Shown piece after piece: positions 1 through 9,446 of a stretch of DNA of 64,000 bases (positions are counted from its first letter, which is position 1; the number at the start of each line of letters is the position of its first letter). The stretch is taken from assembly GCA_963778655.1 (NCBI GenBank), contig CAVZVA010000010.1, positions 288,001 through 352,000 of the forward strand, written 5' to 3'. This DNA comes from an uncultured delta proteobacterium. Its GTDB lineage: Bacteria > Myxococcota_A > Polyangia > Polyangiales > JAFGIB01. A program made the translations under genes and the position numbers. The notes beneath the pieces were generated by a model. That model had not been told where the DNA came from, did not search any database, and saw nothing but the letters and a program-made list of their open reading frames with translations.

Positions 1-372
1 GTCGATCCCCTGGTCAGCTTGGTCGACCTGATGCCGACGATCCTGGCGCTCACCGACACTCCGGCTCCGGGCGACCTCGACGGCCTCGATCTGCAGGAAG
101 TGCTCGCACACCCGTCGGGCAAGCCGCGCATCCTGCTCAGCGACACCTGGCGCTTCGACGTCAACGAGCACTTGATCGCCGACCTGGTCACGGCCTATGA
201 CGGCCGGCGCAAGGTGCTGTTCGACGAGCTGGGTCACGCCTTCTCGCAGTTCGACCAGACCGGACAGGTGCCCGGGGCGAAACCGCTGCTGACGCCCGCG
301 ACCGATCCGCTGGCGCGGCTCGCGTTGGCCTACCTGGAAGACACGGGCGGCATGCCCTCGCCGAGCGACTGA
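1..372 (+). CDS. Sulfatase-like hydrolase, C-terminal part (5'-truncated by the window edge)
   Basis: Frame is open from base 1. VDPLVSLVDLMPTIL resembles the C-terminal 'S.vDl.PTil' segment of sulfatase/alkaline-phosphatase-fold proteins. Confidence 0.6.
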   Translation, partial: VDPLVSLVDLMPTILALTDTPAPGDLDGLDLQEVLAHPSGKPRILLSDTWRFDVNEHLIADLVTAYDGRRKVLFDELGHAFSQFDQTGQVPGAKPLLTPATDPLARLALAYLEDTGGMPSPSD

Positions 373-416
373 GAGCAGGCGGCTGCGGGCAGGGCGCGGC
401 CCAAGCAGGCTTGCGC

Positions 417-2144
417 TCAGTGGCGGCGGGGCCAGCGATCGTTGCGCAGATAGACGTGCACCAGGCCCGTCGAGAACCGCTCGCGGTAGCGCCGGCGCAG
501 CAGGGTGCGGAGCTGCGGCATGCACGTCAGCAGCTCGTCCAGGGCGTGCACGGGGTGAAAGATCGGCGCGCGGTCGATCAGCACCAGGGCCGCAGGGCTC
601 GCGTGTTGCAGCCTGTGGACGAAATCGGCGGCGTTGCGCTGCGCTCGGGCCGCCCCCTCGGCGGCCGCTTGGGGCGAGCCACCCGACGCCCGGACGCCGG
701 CGGCGATCGCGTTCGGATTGAGCTCGGTGGCATACAGGTAAGGCGTCGCGCTGCGCCGCTCGGCCAGCGCGAGCAGGTAGGGGTCCATGCCGTAGATCTG
801 GATGCGATCCTTGGGACGGGTGTGGCGCCGGACAAAGGCGCCAGCCTCGACCAGGCCGACGGAGGCGAAGTCGGCGGTATCGTAGTGACGCAGGTAGACC
901 GGCGCAGTCCGGGCCTCGGGCCTGCGGCCGTCCAGGACTGCAAAGTCGGCGTGCAGGTACGGCGAGCCCAACAGAGCCTGGGCCGCGCGATAGCCGAGCA
1001 GCGCCGCCAGCAGCAGCGGCCACAGCACCGGCACGGGCGCCGCAGCGCGCTCGCTGCCGTCGGACCGAGCCGGAGCCTCGCCGCAGACGTGGCAGCAGAG
1101 CGCGAGCACGAGCAGCGCCAGGCCCGAGCTGAGCGAATGGATGTGCGCGCCGAGCCGGCGGCCCGGCGTCAGGTCGAGCGCGAGCGCGAACGGCGGAAAT
1201 AGCGCGAACGCCAGCATGTGGCGTCCCAGGCGCCGCAGCGCGATCAGCGCGCAGGCGCACAGCGCGAGCGTGACCGCCAGCAGCACGGGCTCGAGGCTAT
1301 GGCGCAGGGCTTCGGCGGCCTGCTGTCCGTGCGCGGCCAGCACGCGATAGTAGCCGGTATCGAGCAGAACCACCTGCAACAGCTCGCCTGCTCCGCAGCA
1401 GGCGGCGACGAAGACCGCCTGCAGCGCCAGCCCCAGCAGCGCGCCGGCGCCGAACGCCGCGAGCCGCCGGCGCGGCCCGAGCTCGGCGGCGCAAGCGCCA
1501 GCACCGAGCGCGAGCAGGTGCAGCGCGCTGTAGGCCAAAGACAGCGGCTCGCCCAGCCAGGCCGTGACGCTGGCCGCGCCCGCCAATGCGGACCAGCGGC
1601 GGGCAGCCGCCGGACGCGTGCTGGCGAGCGCACGCAGCACGCAAGCGAAGGCCGCCAGCACGAACCAGTCGAGCAGGCTCTCGGGCACCGTCAGCTCGCT
1701 GGCGTCGTAGAAGCTGAGGTACTGCGCGAGCAGCACCACGGCGCCAGCGGCGGCCCAGGCCGCGCGCTCGCGCAGGGCGCGGCGCTCGGGCCGCAGCCCG
1801 GTGGCGCCGGGCAGCGAGCCGCCGAGCCAGGCGAACAGCAGCGTCGACACGCCCAGATCGAGACTGCGCAGGCGGTGCGGATCGGCGCCGCCCAGCAGCC
1901 GGGCCAGCAGGTAGAGCTCGTGCACCAGCGGGCCGCTGCTCTCGCGCAGGTCGCGGTAGAGGCGCGCGCCGTGCGCGATCGCCCAGGCCGTGCCCTCGTA
2001 GATGCCCTGCTCGCGGCTCAGCCCGGCGAAGCTGGCGTTGCGCAGGGCGAACCACAGCCACGGCAAGGGCACCAGGCTGACCACGAGCGCGCTGGCCACG
2101 CAGACCCCGATGCGCGCTCGGTCACGGCCAGAGCCGGCGTCCAC
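417..2144 (-). CDS. Polytopic membrane protein, probable GT-C fold glycosyltransferase (ArnT/PMT-like)
   Basis: 575 aa with many hydrophobic helices. N-terminal 'REQGIY...GARLYRDLRESSGP' loop and a soluble C-terminal domain. The GTG start is created by the end of the adjacent MITE. Confidence 0.65.
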   Translation of the reverse strand: MDAGSGRDRARIGVCVASALVVSLVPLPWLWFALRNASFAGLSREQGIYEGTAWAIAHGARLYRDLRESSGPLVHELYLLARLLGGADPHRLRSLDLGVSTLLFAWLGGSLPGATGLRPERRALRERAAWAAAGAVVLLAQYLSFYDASELTVPESLLDWFVLAAFACVLRALASTRPAAARRWSALAGAASVTAWLGEPLSLAYSALHLLALGAGACAAELGPRRRLAAFGAGALLGLALQAVFVAACCGAGELLQVVLLDTGYYRVLAAHGQQAAEALRHSLEPVLLAVTLALCACALIALRRLGRHMLAFALFPPFALALDLTPGRRLGAHIHSLSSGLALLVLALCCHVCGEAPARSDGSERAAAPVPVLWPLLLAALLGYRAAQALLGSPYLHADFAVLDGRRPEARTAPVYLRHYDTADFASVGLVEAGAFVRRHTRPKDRIQIYGMDPYLLALAERRSATPYLYATELNPNAIAAGVRASGGSPQAAAEGAARAQRNAADFVHRLQHASPAALVLIDRAPIFHPVHALDELLTCMPQLRTLLRRRYRERFSTGLVHVYLRNDRWPRRH

Positions 2145-2340
2145 ACTGCTGCTCCCATTCTCTCGGGGTTGGATTTCTGCGCGCGACGGGTTCGTGCGCT
2201 ACGGCTTCTCGGGCTTCGCCCTGCGATGCCGGCACGACTGCAGGAATACTCAGTGTATTTCAAAGGAGCGCAACCGCTTCGCGGCGAGCGAGCTCGTCCC
2301 GCGTGGAAAGGCGACCGCGATGGGATTGGGACCAGCAGTG
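2144..2340. mobile_element. MITE-like non-autonomous element (197 bp), long imperfect hairpin
   Basis: Ends CACTGCTGCTCCCA (from 2144) and TGGGACCAGCAGTG (to 2340) are inverted repeats at 13/14, and imperfect pairing continues for about 55 bp. Flanked by direct repeat TCCA at 2140-2143 and 2341-2344. Confidence 0.8.
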
Positions 2341-2545
2341 TCCATGGGGGGCGCTGTAGCACCGCGCCGGCGCGCGGAGCAAGCCCGTGAAGGGGCTTGC
2401 CATTTCGGCGAGCGGCCGGCGCCGGCAAACAGGCATGTCCGCGGCGGCACCGCGTGCGCTAGGCTCGGCCCGGGGTTGATCCGAAGGCCGGACTTACCTA
2501 CAAGATTGAATTCGCTTCAAGCCAAGCAAACGGAAGGGCAGCGCG

Positions 2546-3582
<1,037 letters not shown>

Positions 3583-3587
3583 GCAAT

Positions 3588-3648
3588 CACGGGAAGCCGG
3601 GAGGCTCGGATGTGCTTTCCTCTCTTCCCGCCTTCGCCTCTTCCTGTG
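3588..3648. repeat. REP-like palindrome, copy 1 (degenerate)
   Basis: CACGGGAAGCCGGGAGG...CTTCCCGCCTTCGCCTCTTCCTGTG; same family as the copies at 5231, 58938 and 61893. Confidence 0.65.
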
Positions 3649-3706
3649 GCGTCTTCGAAGCTGCCTTTTCCGGGGCGCTTGCGCCGGCTGCGCGCTATGT
3701 AGCGGC

Positions 3707-5197
3707 GTGGCCGTCTATGCGCTGGCCGCCCTCTCGGGCGTGCTCTACGTGCTCGCATTTCCAGGCATCGGGCTGTGGCCGCTCGCGTTCGTGGCGCTGG
3801 TGCCGGTGCTGTGGCTGCTCGACGCGCGACCGCTGCGCGGGCGCCAAGCGCTGGGCGCGGGGCTGTGCTTCGGTGCGGTCACGCAGCTGCTCGGCTTCCG
3901 CTGGCTGTTGCCGACGCTGCGCGCGTTTTCGGCCTTGCCGCCAGTTCCGTGCGCGCTGATCTTCGTGCTCATCTGCCTGCTGCACGCCGGCCAGCAGGCG
4001 TTGTTCGTCGGGTTGCTGTGGCGCGCCAAGCGAGCGGGCCTTTCGCCGCTGTGGCTGGCACCGTTCTGCCAGGCCGCGCTCGAGCTGGTCTATCCGCAGC
4101 TCTTCCCCAACTACTTCGCCGCCAGCCTGCACCCGGTCCCGCTGCTCGCGCAGCACGCCGAGCTGGGTGGCCCGATCCTGCTTTCGGCCTGGCTGGTGGC
4201 GCTGAACGCCGCGCTTTGTTCCGCCCTGCGCGGCCGTGGCGCGCGCCTGCCCGCGCTCGCGACCTTCGCCGTGCTACTCGGCGCCGCCGCAGGCTACGGC
4301 GCGCTGCGCGTGCACGCGCTGCAAGCCGTGATCGAGCGTGCGCCCAAGCTGCGGGTGGGCATCGTGCAGGCCAATATGGGCACGCGCCAGAAGCTCGCCG
4401 ACCGCGCCGAGGGCCGCCGCCGCTACCTGGAACAATCGCGCCGCCTGGAGCGCGCAGCGCAGCGGCCCGAGCTGCTGGTGTGGCCCGAGACCGCGGTCAA
4501 GTACCTGCTGCCCGAGGGTACCAAGAACGCCAGCCAGGTGCTCGGGCCCTTGACCACACCGGTGTTGTTCGGCGGGCTCGGGCACCGCGTCGAGCACGGC
4601 AAGGCCCGGCTCTACAACAGCGCCTTCCTGACCGACGCCGCCGGGCACGTGCTCGGGCGCGAAGACAAGATGCACCTGATCCCCTTCGCGGAGTTCATCC
4701 CGCTCGGCGATCGCATCCCGCGCCTCTATGACCTGCTGCCCAACAGCGGCGAGTTCACTCCCGGCGCTGGACCGCGCGCGCTGCCATTCCGCGGCCGCCG
4801 CATCGCCGCGCTGATCTGCTACGAGGACGTGCTGCCGGGTTTCGTGCGCGAGGTGGTGCGGGCCACGCAGCCGAACCTGCTGGTCAACCTCAGCAACGAC
4901 GCCTGGTTCGGTCCCAGCGCCGAACCGCCCATTCACCTCGCGCTCGGCGCTCTGCGCGCGATCGAGCACCGGCTGTACTTCGTGCGCGCGAGCAACAGCG
5001 GGATCAGCGCGTTTGTTGACCCGATGGGGCGGGTGATCGCACGCACCAACCTGTTCGTGCGCGCCAACCTGGTCGGCGAGGTGGCCTGGCTGCCGGGCGG
5101 CACCTTGTACGACAGCCTGGGCGACTGGCCGGGCTATCTCGGGCTGCTGGTGATCGGGCTCGCCTTGCTGCGCAGGTCGCCGCGGACGAGCCGCTGA
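3707..5197 (+). CDS. lnt: Apolipoprotein N-acyltransferase
   Basis: N-terminal TM helices, then a nitrilase-fold domain with VQAN, VWPETA, YNSA, K.HLIPFAEFIP, LICYE, NLSNDAWFG and RASNSGIS. Confidence 0.95.
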   Translation: MAVYALAALSGVLYVLAFPGIGLWPLAFVALVPVLWLLDARPLRGRQALGAGLCFGAVTQLLGFRWLLPTLRAFSALPPVPCALIFVLICLLHAGQQALFVGLLWRAKRAGLSPLWLAPFCQAALELVYPQLFPNYFAASLHPVPLLAQHAELGGPILLSAWLVALNAALCSALRGRGARLPALATFAVLLGAAAGYGALRVHALQAVIERAPKLRVGIVQANMGTRQKLADRAEGRRRYLEQSRRLERAAQRPELLVWPETAVKYLLPEGTKNASQVLGPLTTPVLFGGLGHRVEHGKARLYNSAFLTDAAGHVLGREDKMHLIPFAEFIPLGDRIPRLYDLLPNSGEFTPGAGPRALPFRGRRIAALICYEDVLPGFVREVVRATQPNLLVNLSNDAWFGPSAEPPIHLALGALRAIEHRLYFVRASNSGISAFVDPMGRVIARTNLFVRANLVGEVAWLPGGTLYDSLGDWPGYLGLLVIGLALLRRSPRTSR

Positions 5198-5230
5198 GCT
5201 CCATCCCATGGGGAAGCGCGGTCGAAGCTT

Positions 5231-5295
5231 GACAGCAAGGCGGGAAGACGGGGAGCACTCGACTTTCTCTCTTCCCGCCTTCCCGTCTTGCTGTC
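5231..5295. repeat. REP-like palindrome, copy 2, between convergent lnt and pap
   Basis: GACAGCAAGGCGGGAAGACGGGGAG-N15-CTTCCCGCCTTCCCGTCTTGCTGTC forms a 25-bp imperfect stem. Confidence 0.8.
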
Positions 5296-5310
5296 GATTC
5301 TCGACCTCGT

Positions 5311-6798
5311 TCACACGCGCTCGAGCGTCTGTTCGATCGCCTCGCACAGCGTGCGAAGCACCTTGATCCGCGCGAAGTACTTGTTGTTGGCCTCGACCAG
5401 CGTCCAGGGCGCCACGTCGGTCGAGGTGCGCTCCACCATGTCGCAGACCGCGCGCTCGTAGGCGCCCCACTTCTTGCGGTTGCGCCAGTCCTCCTGCGTG
5501 ATCTTGAACTGCTTGAAGCTGACCTTCTCGCGCTGCTCGAAGCGTCGCAGCTGCTCGTCGCGGTCGAGCGCGAGCCACAGCTTGGCGACCACCACGTGGC
5601 TCTGGGCGAGCTGGGCTTCGAAGTCGTTGATCTCCGAGTACGCGCGCTCCCAGTCCGCGTCGGGGCACAGCCTCTCCACGCGCTCCACCAGCACGCGCCC
5701 GTACCACGAGCGATCGAACAGCGCCAAGCGCCCCAGCCGCGGCACGTGTCGCCAGAAGCGCCACAGGTACGGCTGCGCGCGTTCCTCCTCGCTCGGCGCC
5801 GCGATCGGAATCACCTGGTACTGGCGGGCGTCGAGCGCTGCCGTTACGCGGCGGATCGCGCCGCCCTTGCCGGCGGCGTCGTTGCCCTCGAACACGGCGG
5901 TCACGGCGATCCGCCGGAACCTCTTGTCGCGCGAGAGCAGGTTGAGCCGGCCCTGCCAGTGCTCGAGCTCCTTGTCGTAGCGCTTGCGGCTGAGCGGCTG
6001 GTCGAGCTTGAGCGCGCGTAGCACGTCGAGATTGTCGAGCGGCGACAGCAGCGGCGGGGTACGGTCGGGCGGCTTGCCCGAGGGGCGGTCGTCCAGGCGC
6101 TCCCGCATCGCAGCCAGCAGCTGCCGGCCCACGGTCAGGCTGCGGTAGCGCGGATCGGCGCCGGGCACGACCAGCCACGGCGCCTCGGCGGTGGAAGTGC
6201 GGCGGATGAAGTGCTCCGACACGCGCCGGAAGTCGTCGTAGCGCTCGAAGCGCTCCCAGTCCTGCGGTGTCACCCGCCAGCGCGTGTCGGAGTCCTTCTC
6301 CAGGCTCTTGAGCCGCTTGCGTTGCTGGGGCTTGGACAGGTGAAACCACAGCTTGAGCAGCAGCACGCCCTCGGCCGTCAACATCTGCTCGAAGCGCACC
6401 ACCTCGGCGATCGCCGCGTCGAGCTCGGCCTTGCTGGCCTGCTTCATCACCCGGTTCACGATCGGGTCGGTATGCCAAGCGCCGAACAGGATGCCGATCG
6501 TGCCCTTGGGCGGCAGCGCGCGCCAGAAGCGCCACATCCGGGGCCGCTCGCGCTCCTCGTCCGAGGGCGGCGGGAAGGCGGTGGTGCGGATGTGCCGCGG
6601 GTCCATCCACGCATTGAGCAGATTCACCGTCTCGCCCTTGCCGGCGCCGTCAACGCCGCCGATGACGAGCAGCACCGGAAACTCGGAGCGCGCGCGCAGC
6701 TCGCTCTGCACAGCGAGCAGGGCCGCGCGCAGCTTGGGCTCGGCCCTGTGGTAGTGCGCCTTGTCGATGCGATGCGCCAGATCGGCCGATTCGAACAT
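5311..6798 (-). CDS. pap: Polyphosphate:AMP phosphotransferase (two-domain PPK2, class II)
   Basis: 495 aa starting MFESA, with two PPK2 domains: GVDGAGKG and EGNDAAGKGG P-loops, WRFWR twice, FDRSWYGRVLVERV. GGAGG upstream. Confidence 0.93.
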   Translation of the reverse strand: MFESADLAHRIDKAHYHRAEPKLRAALLAVQSELRARSEFPVLLVIGGVDGAGKGETVNLLNAWMDPRHIRTTAFPPPSDEERERPRMWRFWRALPPKGTIGILFGAWHTDPIVNRVMKQASKAELDAAIAEVVRFEQMLTAEGVLLLKLWFHLSKPQQRKRLKSLEKDSDTRWRVTPQDWERFERYDDFRRVSEHFIRRTSTAEAPWLVVPGADPRYRSLTVGRQLLAAMRERLDDRPSGKPPDRTPPLLSPLDNLDVLRALKLDQPLSRKRYDKELEHWQGRLNLLSRDKRFRRIAVTAVFEGNDAAGKGGAIRRVTAALDARQYQVIPIAAPSEEERAQPYLWRFWRHVPRLGRLALFDRSWYGRVLVERVERLCPDADWERAYSEINDFEAQLAQSHVVVAKLWLALDRDEQLRRFEQREKVSFKQFKITQEDWRNRKKWGAYERAVCDMVERTSTDVAPWTLVEANNKYFARIKVLRTLCEAIEQTLERV

Positions 6799-6924
6799 GC
6801 CCGCAAGCCTCCGCGCCGCGCGCCTGCGAGCGTAGCACGGCCGCTCCCCGCCTCCGGCGCCGATTCCCGGCGGCCCCGACGCCCGGGCGGCCCGATCGCC
6901 GCGACGCGAGCGGGGAACGGGCGG

Positions 6925-8685
6925 CTACCAGCCGCGGTGCGTCGAGGGGGGCAGCAGCAGCATGAAGTGGCCGGTGGCGTCGGCCACGGTCTTGCCGACC
7001 TGGATCGCACGCACGCCGTCGGCCTGCACGTCGATCACGGCGTAGGCGTCGATCTGCGCGCCGCTCAAGCTGGCGCTGCCTCCGCTGCCGCCGCGCGCCA
7101 ACGCGAGTGTGCCGTCGAGCGGCACCGGCGAGAGCATGTCGATCACGGTCGCGAACTCGACCCCGCGCGCGCCGATGTCCACGTCGTGGCGCACCTGCCA
7201 GGGGAAGCCGCTATCCGGAGGCGGGCGGATCACCACGTCGTAGCTGCCCAGGTCCACCGGCAGCTTGAACTCGCCGGTGGCGGTGGTGCTGGTCTGCTGC
7301 GAGCGGTTGTAGCGGGTGACGCTGTGGTCGCCCATCGACAGCTCGATGTCGCCGCTGCGGCCGAGCGCCGCCGCTTCCACCGTGGCGCCCTGCAGCGGCG
7401 CCAGGTCCGTGGTCTGCAGCGTGCCCTTGAGGTAGGCGGGCGAGGGCAGCTCGAGCAGCGCGCCGCTCGCGTCCATGCCGTCCGGCCCCTGGATCAGCCG
7501 CTCCTCGGCGAAGAGCGCGCAGCGCACGCTCGACGGCGGCGTGACCAGCACGTCGTAGTCGCCCGGCATCACCAGCACACAGAAGCGAAGTTGCCCGCTC
7601 TGCTGGTCGTAGCTCGCGTCGGTGGTGGCGTCGAAGGACGCGCTCACGGGTCCCGCCGAGTCGAGCAGCAGCGAGCGCGAGTGCAGCGTGACGGGCAGCT
7701 TGCTCAGGTCCGAGCCGTCGCCGCCCTGCTCCTTGCACAGGTCCACCGAGCCTTCGTAGCGAATGCGCTGCGGAGTCTGCGGCAGCGCGATGTGCGTGAC
7801 GCCGTTGGTGGCTGGCGGCAGCTCGGCCTGCGCGACGCTGAACACCGGAATTACCGGCGTGTCGCCATCGCAAGCGCCGCCGCTGGAGCTCGTGCTCAGG
7901 GCCTGCGCGGCGTCGTAGCTCTCCATCGCGCGGAGCTCGAGACGCGCGTCGGGCGGATCGGGCCCGAACGTCAGCGTGGCCGTGCCGTCCTTGCCCACCA
8001 TCGCAGTCGACGAGATGCGCTCGCCGCTGGCGCGATCGAAAGCGGTCAGCGTCAGCGGGCGATCGAGCGAGACGCCGTCGACGGAGAACACCTGCTGCTG
8101 GGTCTGCAGCGTCTCGTAGTCGACCTCGGGCGAGGGGTCTGCGCCCGCCGTGAAGGTGGTGTGATAGGGCGGCAGCGTGCCGCTGGTCGGCAACACCAGC
8201 ATCCGATACTGGACACCTGAGAGCAGCTGGACCGCGTAGTCGTTCCCGTCGCTGGTGCTGCCGCTGCTGACCGCCACGCTGACCGCGCTCGGTCGAATGC
8301 CCGCCACCCCGGCCGCCGGCGTAAAGCTGAGCTGCGCGTCGACCACGTTGCCGCCGCTGCGCACGGTGCCGCGCACGCTGGTGCGCGCGGGCAGGGTGAA
8401 GGTGCGCGTGTCGGCGCCCTTGAGCGTGAACGAATCGAGCGTGACCGGCAACGGATCGCTGCCGTCGGAGAGCCGCTGCGGGGTGACCTGCAGGGCGATC
8501 GTCAGCGGCACGTCGGCCTTGCGCGCCACGCACAGGCCCTGCTGGCAGTCGCTGCCCGCCGCGCAGTCGCTGCTCACGCTGCAGGTGTTGAGCGTGCCCG
8601 TGCCGGAGGCGTTTTTGCCCTGGAAGCTGCAGCCCCCCACCAGGACCAGCAGCACGAGCGACCCGCGTGGACGACCGCCGCCCAT
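6925..8685 (-). CDS. Lipoprotein with an N-terminal Cys-rich motif and carboxypeptidase-regulatory-like beta domains
   Basis: Lipobox VGGC; CSVSSDCAAGSDCQQGLC; repeated 'ATGEFKLPVDLGSYDVVIRPP' / 'DATGHFMLLLP' type segments. Confidence 0.7.
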   Translation of the reverse strand: MGGGRPRGSLVLLVLVGGCSFQGKNASGTGTLNTCSVSSDCAAGSDCQQGLCVARKADVPLTIALQVTPQRLSDGSDPLPVTLDSFTLKGADTRTFTLPARTSVRGTVRSGGNVVDAQLSFTPAAGVAGIRPSAVSVAVSSGSTSDGNDYAVQLLSGVQYRMLVLPTSGTLPPYHTTFTAGADPSPEVDYETLQTQQQVFSVDGVSLDRPLTLTAFDRASGERISSTAMVGKDGTATLTFGPDPPDARLELRAMESYDAAQALSTSSSGGACDGDTPVIPVFSVAQAELPPATNGVTHIALPQTPQRIRYEGSVDLCKEQGGDGSDLSKLPVTLHSRSLLLDSAGPVSASFDATTDASYDQQSGQLRFCVLVMPGDYDVLVTPPSSVRCALFAEERLIQGPDGMDASGALLELPSPAYLKGTLQTTDLAPLQGATVEAAALGRSGDIELSMGDHSVTRYNRSQQTSTTATGEFKLPVDLGSYDVVIRPPPDSGFPWQVRHDVDIGARGVEFATVIDMLSPVPLDGTLALARGGSGGSASLSGAQIDAYAVIDVQADGVRAIQVGKTVADATGHFMLLLPPSTHRGW

Positions 8686-8686
8686 G

Positions 8687-9400
8687 CTATGGCCCCATCG
8701 CCGAGCTCGTCGTGGTCGCCGCCATCGACGGGGTCAACAGCTTCGCTTGGCAACTCGCGAGCAGGCGCGCGCTGTCACCCGTGGCCGGATCGCACTTGCC
8801 CTCCCACACCCACCACGACGCTTCGGCCAGGTCGTCGATGTTAGAAGGGAAATCGAAGTAGCGGGGGTCGTCGAAGCGGGGGTCGGTGTGATCGAAGAAG
8901 CTCCCGCTGACCGCCAGCTGCAGGTGATGGCACTTGCCCTCCTGCAGCGTGTCGCTCTGGACTTTGAAGGTGAAGTCGCGCCCGAGCTGGCCGACCGCCG
9001 GCAGCGGAACCATGTCCTTCTCGAACGGGGGCGTGGGGTCATTATCGCCGACCACGCGCCAGTGGGCCCACAGCTCTTGCTGTGGATTCTGGTCGCGCAC
9101 CTTGACCGTGAGCGACCACTCCGGCGTGGCGGGCTTGTCGATGCAGAAGATGGCGCCGATTTTGGGCGTCTGCGTGCCCGGCTCGTCGAGGATTGTCGGC
9201 GGGATGTCGGGGTCTACCGGGAACACGATCTTGTCGGTGACCAGGCAGCCGCCGCAGCACAACGCCAGCAGCCCGGCCACCACCGTCCAGAGCCAAGGCG
9301 AAGCAAGTCCTGCGCCAGCTCCGGCACAGCATCGCAAGATCTTGGAATTGCGTGGCTTTTTTTTCTGCTCGCGGTGCGGGCCGAAGGCGTGGCGTGACAT
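8687..9400 (-). CDS. Hypothetical lipoprotein (start uncertain: ATG 9400 or GTG about 9283)
   Basis: Hydrophobic stretch ending GGC-LVTD; plausible globular sequence; ends 1 nt before the start of the next gene. Confidence 0.65.
   Translation of the reverse strand: MSRHAFGPHREQKKKPRNSKILRCCAGAGAGLASPWLWTVVAGLLALCCGGCLVTDKIVFPVDPDIPPTILDEPGTQTPKIGAIFCIDKPATPEWSLTVKVRDQNPQQELWAHWRVVGDNDPTPPFEKDMVPLPAVGQLGRDFTFKVQSDTLQEGKCHHLQLAVSGSFFDHTDPRFDDPRYFDFPSNIDDLAEASWWVWEGKCDPATGDSARLLASCQAKLLTPSMAATTTSSAMGP
9302..9317 (-). promoter_or_regulatory. Putative sigma-54 (-24/-12) promoter for the lipoprotein pair
   Basis: Minus strand TGGCGCAGGACTTGCT has GG-N10-GC and is close to the TGGCACG-N4-TTGCW consensus. 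Confidence 0.55.
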
Positions 9401-9446
9401 CGATGTCAGCATTCCGCAGCGCCGATCAGGGGTTCGCAGGGTGGGC

